64,000 nt of DNA, taken from Balanoglossus misakiensis. Taxonomy: Eukaryota > Animalia > Hemichordata. Position 1 is the stretch's first letter; each line of letters starts with the position of its first letter. The DNA lies in NCBI GenBank assembly GCA_040954595.2, contig CM082593.2, positions 8,627,200-8,691,199 on the forward strand. Direction: 5' to 3'. The position numbers and the translations under genes are program-made. Shown in pieces: positions 11,578 through 21,557 of this stretch. The notes below the pieces were generated by a model. It did not search any database, was not told the origin of the DNA, and saw only the letters and a list, made by a program, of their open reading frames with translations.

Positions 11578-14500
11578 ATGGCATTGCGAGTGGGGCTTCT
11601 TGCGTCCTGTCTCTCCAGACAGTGTTCTGTAAATTGTTACAGGTAAGGGAGCTGGATTTTGATCTGTAAGAGTACGTTTAACATTGGGTTGATGAGTCGG
11701 TACAGCCTTCTGTGTGAGTTACCATGGAGATGGCTTCAGTCTGTCTCTGAGGGTGAGGCCACATAGCACTGAGCACGTTCGGGTGTCCCCGTCGTAAACA
11801 TTGGTCCTTCACACACACAAGTGTGATCAGTGCAAATGTGATGAACTGGGCTGATAAAAATTATGTAATTGGCATTTCATGTTCAGATAGGATACTAATA
11901 ATAACATACATACAACACATGCCAGAAAATGTACACCACAACACGCCGATGTTTCTACAATAAGTCAATAGATTGTTGTAAGACAGCTGATTTTTAATTA
12001 TAATTCACTGTGCCAAAGCTGATAAAACCCGTATCATTTCCCTTAGTTACTTAAATCTTCAATTTCCCTGGGAAAAACACCAAGATCACATTGATATGCT
12101 CGATCTATACACTGAGCCTTGGCTGCAATGATTGCAGCGGGTGCTGCTAGGTTGAGTGGGTGTGTTCGTGCTCGCAGCCCTCAACCTAGCAGCGGCCGCT
12201 ACAATCATTGCAGCTAGCTGAGCCTGTGTGTGTTGTCTCCCTGCAATGCAATCTCCATCCGGCCTTCAGCGACTCCAGGCTGAAATCAGACCAATCTTTG
12301 AGCGTCATGGCAACAAGGTAGCCTACTTATATGGCTGCATGCTCCAGGTAACTAAAATAATAGAATCTCACACTCCCATGGATCATATTTCTCACACGAG
12401 TTGGGGATTTTCGCCTGCGGCTCGTGTGGGACAGAATATCCCCGACGAGTGTGAGAAATATGATCCCAGGTCCTTGGTGTGTGAGATTATTTTTCTCACA
12501 CGGTCACAAATTAGCCAAATTCGTTAAAAACATTGAATAAATGACTCTGGAACTGTCGTCTGGGGGCACGTTGTAGTTCTGTGCACATCCTGCGTAGCGA
12601 AAGAACGCTTTGTCAACCAATCAGCGCTCGCGTCATGTACAGCTTTAGATTCAGTGAGAGTGTGAGAACAATTTGTTCTCACACTCCCAGCATGCCAGGA
12701 GTGTGAGAATACCAGTATAATATGCTTGGTCTGAATCCAGCCTTCTGATTGGCTGAAGCAAGGCTTTATATTCTGAACCAGAAGTAGCTCTGCATATAGG
12801 TTTGTGTGTTCCGGCGTTACATGGCCTCCACCACAGTCCAGCCTCATAGACCAAACTGGCACATCTGCGGTTGGATCGGGACAGCAACTTTTCAGCCGAT
12901 ATTCAATTTTATTGGGGCAAAATCTTTTCCCTGCCTACCTCTACCATGTAACTCAGTAACTGACCCTGCAGAAATGATGCAACACCTGCAATTTACATTA
13001 TACATATGTCCATAAATGGCAAAAATAGCATATCTGAGAGTTCTAAAGAACATTTGGTGCCGCTCATTTTTTTTCGCGTGTGCCACCCCCTGAAAATCTG
13101 TGATTGGCTATATCTCAATTTGCCATGGTAACTCAAACTGTAGCTATATTTGCATAGGTGACCGTATACCTCTAACTTTTCCTTTCTGAAACTTGCATTT
13201 TTATACATATATACCCATGGAGATCGCCATATTGAATGCGACAAGTTTATATCCATGGGGTAAATTTACACACAATTTAGATATTTCCGAACTCAAAGCA
13301 GTAAAGTATTGTGGACATTCAATTAATGGGACAAAGTCTCTCTCGCTGCCCTTTTTCCATTATGTTTGATACAAGACACCATTTATGTTATTCTACATGT
13401 GGATATACATTGTATAGTGAATCAACGTTCGACCACACACAACTTCAAGTTCCATCTCACTTGTAGACACGATAGTGGAAAATCCCGCCAAAATGAATAA
13501 ATCTGTCTCTACCATTTATTCATTTTATGCAAGTTTTTACTTCCATATCATATAAGTTGTGTGTGGTTGAACGTTCAAACATAATTAATGGTAAAGGGGC
13601 AACCAGAGAGAGACTTTGTCCCTTTAACAGTTGTTGCATAATATTTCTACATTTCATTTCACCACCAGGTTGGTAACACTGCAACAGTTACAAGTGATCA
13701 GGAATTTAGCATCAGATGTTGAATATCCTGACAGACCTAGGAGACCACTCAGCCCATTTTTAAAATATCTTCGTGAAAACAGACAGTATTTTGAATCATC
13801 CAATCCAGGTTAGTTATATACCAGCAGATACAAAGACTGTTGTGTGTCTATTCCAGCAACTTGCACATAAAGACTTATTACATTGTAGTATTATTTCCTT
13901 CATCAATTTGCACCTGATTCATTGGCAGATTGTAACTTGTGTATATCATAGCAGTGTTCTCCTTAGAATAGGGAAATGTGGAACAACATTGACTAATTTG
14001 CATACCAATGAATATTTAAATTATATTTATATATTTGTGCATATATGCTAATTACACACAGACACACATAAAAGGCAAAAAAATATCCTCTTTTCATGCC
14101 TTTATTTATTTATCTCCACTTCCTTTATACATAAAAATCCTACAATGTGCTCAGTCCTTTTTTTGGCAGATGAAAAGATATGACTGGTTCGTTTCTGTCA
14201 GATCAGAAAATGGTCCTTTGTTGAAAAATCAAAGAATGTACGTTTGGACTCTGCACGTAACCTGGTATTGGATATTAACTAGTAGTACTCCTTATTTATC
14301 CTTCATGAATATAGGTATTGGATACAAGAAAATTGTCGAAATTGCAGGAGAAGAATGGAGGACAATGCCAGATGATAACAGGAAGGTAAAACTATATTAA
14401 AACAATGGTGAAAAAACTGGAAAATATAACTGCAAAAATCATCCTATGATGTTGCAACTGCCGACCTTTAACCCTTGACATTATCTTTTGCAGCCATATG

Positions 14501-16872
14501 AAGATGAATTCAAGAGATCATTTGCAAAATTCAAAGATGATGAGAAAGAATTCCTTGATCAGCTGACAGAGGAGCAACTGGATGCTATGAAAGAACAGCT
14601 TGGAGAGAAGAAAAAAGCACAGGCTAAAAGGAAATTAGCCCAGGTTAGTCCTAGGTGTTCGGCCTTGCCCCGATCAATTATGGCTAGTTTTTTATTTTAG
14701 TCGCTTTTTGATGTACATTACAGTAATAGTTAGCCATATTTCAAGGCTTACAATGTATAGGGACAAAGTCTCTCTCTCACAGGTCTTTTTCCATTAATTA
14801 TGTTTGATACAAGACACCATTAACCCCGGTATGTTATTCTACATGTGGATATATAGAGAATCAACATTCAACGACACACAACTTCCGTCCCCTTTGTAGG
14901 ATATGAGAGTAAAAATCTGGCCAAAATGAATAAATGGTAAATACCAATTATTTATTTTGGCGAGTTTTTCACTCTCGTGTCTGAAAGTTGGATGGGTGTT
15001 GTGTGGTTGAACATTGATTCACTATATATCCACATGCAGAATTTATATATAATAAAATATAAAGAGGGCAGCAAGAGAGAGACTTTGTCCGTTATGTGTA
15101 CAGACGAACATTTGCCAGTGATACAGGATTTACCCCATTGCCATACAATTGTCAGGAACAGGGTAAAACATAGCCCTCAATTTCCGGTCAAAAGTCGGGT
15201 CTGGAACAACGCCCCCAGTGGCAAAACTTTTATTATTCATGTAGTCTGACAACAAATCGAAACCAACATATTTGTCGAGGTCACGCTACTCCCTCAGGTT
15301 TGTCACAATATGTCGATTCAGTTTGGAAGTAGACTGTTAGTAAGTGGATTTGATTATTACCAAAGAAATCTTTCCAGTCTTGACAGTGTCATTGAAAACT
15401 GTCAAGAGTTGATTAACAGTGTTGTGTATTATAACTACACCTGTTATTGCTTGACACTTGACTGGTATCTTTTCCATTATATTCTTTATTTAAAAGGTAT
15501 ACTGCGAGTTTTGTGATATATTTTTCTAATTGCAAATTTTTGGGTCATATTAACTGTTATACTAAAGACATACATATCAATCGAGGCCAACAAAGAATTG
15601 ACACAAGAAGAAAGACTAAGAAAAACTCCATCAATACCAATAGGGGTCCATTGGCCTAAAGATCTTCCACCCCTAAAAATTCTCAATTTTTTTTTTGCAG
15701 AAAAAAGTCAAACTGGGAAAGCCAAAACGGTTCATGCCAGCAATAAGTTTTTATGTCCGAAAGAGGTTGACAGAAGAGTCGAGAGAGGGTGTGAGTAATG
15801 CAGAAAGAAAGGTATGGCAACTGTGAAGTTTGCGCTTGTGTGCTTGTCTACACAATCTGTATTTGTGAGAGATACTTTTCTCATTGTCGAGTGAATTGAA
15901 GTTTATATCCTGTGCCTCCAGTAACGCCCTAAAGTACACTTAACAGCTCCTCTATGTGAATACATGTAAAAACAACAATTTTTAGCGAAGTTTATCTCAA
16001 AATAGAGCGTGGTGACCATACGATTTTATTTGACCATTGAATTGATATTTACTTGACTGAGCTATGTCTAAAAATTTCGTGAAAATGATAATACAATGTA
16101 GTAGAAGTTTGTTTTCTATCAATTATCAGCGTAATCCTATGGGAAAAAGACACTCGCGTGCACTGATTATCAGTTTATGTTCTGCACGTACATCCTTAAC
16201 ACCAATTCCATCATCTGTGAACTGCAAAAACTTTCATTTATTCCGTTGTTATTTTTCACCTAGGTTTACCTTTATTTTCTGTTTCAGAATATGTTTGCTA
16301 ATGTCTCTTTGGAATGGAAAGGATTATCAGATCACGAAAAACAGGTACTGATGAATCCCTTTTGTATTTTGGAGATTTATTTGTAATTTATGTTAAGTCC
16401 AGTCAATTCTTAGGCTAATTAGCTAATGATTGTCAAGAAATGTGACAGATTGAATCTAGCCCGGAAGTACCCCCAGGAATAGAACGTTCATTTATTAGCC
16501 AATCAGATTCCACACTTCTAAATATGGTGGTTTGTCAATACCTGCCTCTTTGGTGTTTGTCACCGAGGCAGGGTGACCAGCCAACTAGGGATGTTGCTAC
16601 AGGGGAATTCTAACTTCATGTTAATTTTTTTGAAACAGCCATACATAGAGATGTCGGAGACAGACAGACATCGATATGAGGAAGAAATGGCAACATGGGA
16701 GCGAAGGATGATAGAAATTGGCGAAATTGACGTCATCAGAGAAGCCACAAAAAAGAAACTTAAATTGAAAGTTGAAAAAGGTAAATGGAGGAGGAAGAGA
16801 CGGAAAAAGTATTTGACCGCAGGAAATCCAGTATACAAAACGCTTTTGAAAGCAGAAGGTGTGTTTCCTTGA
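11578..16872 (+). CDS. TFAM: Mitochondrial transcription factor A (two HMG boxes), about 275 aa
   Basis: Exons 11578-11642, 13669-13808, 14315-14385, 14494-14643, 15701-15811, 16288-16344, 16639-16872 splice in frame. Presequence-like N-terminus MALRVGLLASCLSRQCS; HMG1 RPRRPLSPFLKY...EEWRTMPDDNRKPYE; HMG2 LGKPKR...EWKGLSDHEKQPY...RYEEEMATWE. Internal exon sizes 71/150/57 match the vertebrate TFAM structure as I recall it. Confidence 0.93.
12120..12216. mobile_element. Small palindromic MITE with 9-bp TSD (AcademH-like termini)
   Basis: tggctgcaatgattg...caatcattgcagcta flanked by actgagcct/gctgagcct; sibling at 49601-49680. Confidence 0.75.
12356..12722. mobile_element. Long-hairpin non-autonomous element (putative Crypton-type)
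   Basis: About 130-bp terminal palindrome (aatctcacac...gtgtgagatt), then ttctcacac ... gtgtgagaa inverted repeat; solo palindrome of the same family at 23665-23802. Confidence 0.55.
13323..13627. mobile_element. TTAA-flanked MITE family B (TIR AGGGACAAAGTCTCTCTC)
   Basis: TIRs plus TTAA on both sides; copies at 14757-15094, 34000-34326, 35346-35700, 38055-38366, partial 42523-42700. Confidence 0.85.
14757..15094. mobile_element. MITE family B copy
   Basis: agggacaaagtctctctc...gagagagactttgtcc with the same interior as 13323-13627. Confidence 0.8.
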
Positions 16873-17021
16873 CAACTATGGAATAATAAATTTGTTATGC
16901 ATGAGTTGCTTTGACAACCAAGACATAATAAATTTATTATGTCCTTGTTGCCAGGACAACAATAGTGTTAATAAATTTAATCTTTATACTAGTTGATATG
17001 AGATTGTTGTTGTGTTAAGTC

Positions 17022-17039
17022 TGCCACTAGAGGGCAGTA
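17022..17039 (+). promoter_or_regulatory. CTCF-like binding motif downstream of the TFAM polyA signals
   Basis: TGCCACTAGAGGGCAGTA matches the CTCF core consensus CCASYAGRKGGCRS. Confidence 0.45.
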
Positions 17040-17459
17040 TGTAGTGTGACCAGTGCTTGCGTGTGCGACCAGCAAAACTCAATGTTCTTAGTTCTGTCTC
17101 AATTTTTGAAGATATTGCCATTATTTTTCACATAATAAATCTTATTAGGGTTTATTAATCCACACTGATTAGCAATTTAATAAGGCCGTGTTGATTGGTC
17201 AGTGTCAAAGTCTTCCGTGATGGCACGTTTGGTAAATATTTATTCATACATGTAATTGTTTTCCATATTTTATTTGTACATGCTTCTCAACTGAAAACTG
17301 TCCAAGGGCTATACTAAAATCCAAAATATCACCTTTTCACCATAATCTATTAATGTGAACATAAACTGAATAATAATTGTATCTTTCTTACTTTTCAGAA
17401 CAAGATGAAGAACAGTGATTTCAAGGGAGAGTGATTTGATAATTGCGGTAGTGCTCCCA

Positions 17460-17551
17460 CTAAACCCTTCCATCACAATGGTTTGGTCCAAATCCATTGT
17501 TTTCTATGCCAAGTTGGACCTCTAAAGAGGGAACTGGGGGTGAAAGGGTTA
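17460..17551 (-). mobile_element. About 90-bp piggyBac-like MITE, reverse copy
   Basis: Reverse-orientation homolog of 43870-43962 and of the host element at 29229-29694. Confidence 0.65.
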
Positions 17552-18127
17552 CACTGTTGACACAGTGCTTGGAAGTAGACAGCATTGATAATTGTTTGAA
17601 TGCTTCATTTACTAGGTGAGAATTGCAGTATGTGTGAAATAAGACTGCAATGATTGTGACATTGTAATGAAAATCTCTTGCAAGGATTGACTTCTTCGTT
17701 TTCTCTGTGCGTTACTCTTTGTATTGGTAAATGACCTGGATTCAGAGACAAGGACTTCAGAAGTGAAGGTCATCAAACAAAGTCAAAGACATAACACATT
17801 TTTACGTCTAAATGTCATCACATTGATCTGGTAGTAGGGATAGCTGAATATTTTTTATTGCTTGGCGTTTGATCTGCTTACATTTCAAGTACAGTACATG
17901 GCTCAAGGGTTGTCTTAGCAACAAGAAACAAAACTTACTGAAATGTTATTGTGAGTTCATTTTTGAGACGATATAATTTTCTACATGGATCTTGTAGTTG
18001 CACATTGAGTCTTTTGGTTTACTATCCCACCAAAGTTAATAAGATAAATATCAAGTGATTGGGTATTGACACTCGAACAAATCCTGGGTTGATTTTCGTA
18101 ACATGGTTACCGTGATTTGTCAATTTA

Positions 18128-18410
18128 GACCCCCAAAAAGAAATGTTTCTGGTCAGACCTTTCTTTAAAAAATGGTGCAACGACGCCACTTTTAAAAAAA
18201 AATTCCCCTCAAGGGGGAAAGGACGGTCAGTTTAATAGTTTTATCAATATAGTCACATGTATACTGTTGTTCATGTAGTTTATATCTAGTTGAAGCAGTA
18301 CGTAGTTTGCTGTGGCCGTCACCACAAAACAGGGAGAAATAAGGGGTGATGCGTTGTTATTCAAGTGATGCGCACGCTGACCAGAAACATTTCATTTTTT
18401 TTGGCCTTAA
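18128..18410. mobile_element. MITE with TIR AAAAAGAAATGTTTCTGGTCAG
   Basis: aaatgtttctggtcag (about 18141-18156) and ctgaccagaaacattt (about 18378-18393); right end abuts a TTAA shared with a family C MITE. Confidence 0.6.
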
Positions 18411-18593
18411 AGGTATACAGTCACCTCCAATTTACATACGCCCATATCATATATGCCTGAAATGGCGCATTTGAGTGTTGTAAAGAACATATAGTGGCGC
18501 TTTTTTTTGCGTGTGCCACCCACTGAAAATCTTTGATTGGCTAGATCTCAATTTGCCATGGTAACTAGAGCTAATTTTCTGTGGGTGACCGTA
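18407..18593. mobile_element. MITE family C copy, right TIR cut off by the hairpin element
   Basis: ttaaaggtatacagtcacc...ggtgaccgta runs directly into the 18599 element instead of tacctttaa. Confidence 0.75.
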
Positions 18594-18598
18594 TTTAT

Positions 18599-19416
18599 AT
18601 ATAATTCCCCCGTATTTCGAACGAGTGTGCCTGCGTCGCGGACGAGTGATTCCCCGTATAGCGGCCGTATCCCTCCGAGCCACAGGCGAGGAGGGATACA
18701 GCTATACGGGGAATCACGAGTTCGCGACGCAGGTACACGAGTGAGGAATACGGGGGAATTATATGTTTATCACATACATAGATCCGCTTATTTTGATTTT
18801 CAAATAAATCTCTTTTTGGTTGCGATAAAATTTGGAACTATTTTGCGCAAAATTGAAGATCGATGTTATGCGGTCTATCTGTCAGGTGACTCAGGTCACG
18901 ACCTGGACGATTCTGGTTTTGGCGATGACCCGTCTGTCGTACATCAGCTGGATTTCATCGTCCGTCAAGGTTTCACTGGAGCAGGAAACCTTTCTTATGC
19001 CTTTTGCTTTATGACTGGACCGTTTTGCTCTAATCGTCGCATCAAAATTTTTGCGAATACTTAGTTTTGTACCTGTCGCTCGTTCGACAACGCGACAACA
19101 TTGGCTCAGCACTGACGACCTCGCGACAGTTTTGGTGCCGGTTGGTGCGATAAAAATGTACACAGGTAAAACTAATCGTCGATCGTCCATATTTACACAT
19201 GCGAAACATTTTATTTATCTTTGCTTATTTTTTAATATCGAAATAAAACCAACAATTGCACTGAATTTTGTCGCCCTAAGAGGACTTTGTTTACAAGTTT
19301 AAAATAGTTCCGTTTGGTGACGTCAGAGGGATGGGTATTACAATAACGCTTGGTGCAAATTTACCTACGTCTGACGTCATACTATGGTATATGCGGAGCT
19401 ATGTATGTGATAAACA
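18599..19416. mobile_element. Long-hairpin element with asymmetric inverted repeats and possible tyrosine-recombinase (Crypton-like) relic
   Basis: Hairpin 18599-18764; 24-bp inverted repeat 18764-18787 / 19393-19416; CpG-rich interior; minus-strand peptide FDATIRAKRSSHKAKGIRKVSCSSETLTDDEIQLMY. Confidence 0.6.
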
Positions 19417-20922
19417 GTTAAATACCAGCACACTATCAGAACTGAAGATTTCATTGAAAGCAATCTTCAGGCTGGTCAGTGCTACTTTGAAGATAAACTC
19501 CAATCGAGTTGTATCCCATAAGTGAAACATTGAGCATTTGATTTTATCACACGGACCTCTCTTCTCATTTTCAAGCAACTCTGGTAAATATTAAAATATG
19601 ACTTTATCAGTTTCCATGAGTGAAATATTTATTTTTTTGTTTACATTGAACATTGATGAAAACTTGTCTTTTTGTGACAACTGGGGAAACCTTAAAGGTG
19701 CTGAAAAGAATTGTGTTTTGTAGTTGTAGATATTTGCAGTTATAATGAGACTCTTCTACTGGTGCAGTAAAGTCACCTGTAGATCTGTGAAACGGCTGTG
19801 ATTTGCATGATTGCAGAATTTTGTTCACACCTTTCAAAAATGCATAGATTATGTGAGAGTGGCGTCTGCCAAAAGATTCGTGGAGATAAGTGATTATTTT
19901 CAGCCTCAAGGCCTCATTTTATGATGATGGAACATTATACTTTATCTTGAAAATAAATTTTGTGTTTCCAAATCACTGAAATCCCGCAGTGTCGTGCAAT
20001 GGGACACAATAGGAAATGCTACAATTAGAAAGTGTAAAATTACAAAGAAAACGTCACTCCAAAATGACAATTACTGTGATGGGGAGTTTCAAAAGCCTGT
20101 AACTTGTTTAAGAAACGATAGTTTTCCACCAGGTTTTTGAATGATGTCATCTTTAAAGTTGTAATGATCTCTACACTTTCATGGTGACACATCAGACTAC
20201 TGTACTGCTCAGAAAATGAAGTAAAATACTTTGATCTCTGGAGAAATGTATGTTGCTAATGGAACATTGTATGGGTAATATGATTTACATCAGTGTTTCT
20301 GCTAAGTTTTGGGGAAATTGGTAAATGGTTTGGTACCATGGTAACACTTCGGTTTCTAATAAATATGTACTGGATCATGGATGTCTGCATTGATATACTA
20401 AGGGGAGCCCTGCTAAAAATGATTGAGTAACCCCAGTAACATTTACCCTGGGAACTGCCCTTAAATGGACATGTGCAATGCACAGTCAACATTTTGTTTC
20501 CCAATAATCAGCTCTGTGCTACGTGCACAGACAAAAGGGCTGTTGTTTATAGAAGTGCCCAAGTCAAGAAATGTGGGCCTTTAACAAAAACACTTTACAT
20601 GTAACTCTTGATGAGCATTTGTATTCATGTAAGCAATACGCATGTGTAGACTATAATAATAAATAAATGGATGTACACTGTAAAACTATTGGCCAGTGAA
20701 ATATTCTCCATTAAATAAAAGTGTATTTTTCCAGCTACATAACATTGTATGTCTCATCTTCTATATATTCATGAGTTCTGGTTGCAAGGAATTGTGGGTA
20801 TTACATGTATACACACAGAGGAGCTGTCAAGTGTACTTTATGGCTTTACTGTTTTTGGGGTAATTCCAATCTGTTCCTGCATTATACTTTATTACAAATA
20901 ATGGAATACGCAAGTACCGGTA

Positions 20923-21314
20923 TTAAGGATGTACGTGCAGAACATAAACTAACCTGTGTGTCTTTTATCTATAGGATTACATGTACATAGATATTGCTAG
21001 AAAACATGCTACTTTTGTCATTTTCACGAAATTTTACACATAGCTCAGTCAAAAATAAATTCATTGGTCAAATAAAATCATGTGGTCACCGCGCTCTATT
21101 TTGAGATAAATTTCGTTAAAATTTTTGCCCATATACAAACCATTGGTGAAAAATGCTGAGTCATGACTAAATTCATGGCTCTGTATTTCAAAAACAAGTG
21201 CGCTGACCCCTATATTTTATCACGGATTTTCATTATACATACAAAGGAGAATCCAAAAATCCACAATTAAAAGAAATGACAATACTTTCAATTTTAATGA
21301 ACACACATCCTTAA
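20923..21314. mobile_element. MITE family A copy just upstream of the TMEM175 start
   Basis: ttaaggatgtacg...acatccttaa; interior homologous to 4800-5220. Confidence 0.85.
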
Positions 21315-21557
21315 AAAGCTATAACTAATCACAACAATTGTTTGGCAGATTTTAGAATATATAGACGTGTTTTGTAAGGTGAGCAGAATATCCATGTGTT
21401 CCTAACAAATATCACAAGTAAACATACTATTTTAGACTTTCTCATAAAATGAATGAATGTTTTGATAGATACTGAATGAAAGAAAGCTCTACAATGGATT
21501 CGAACAAGAATCTGAATTTGAATCAGAATTGAAACCCATAGCTTTCCACAACAAATC

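Noticed and set aside
18537-19064. 175-aa plus-strand ORF
   Set aside because: Starts in a MITE with a non-ATG codon and reads through the palindrome; no protein features.
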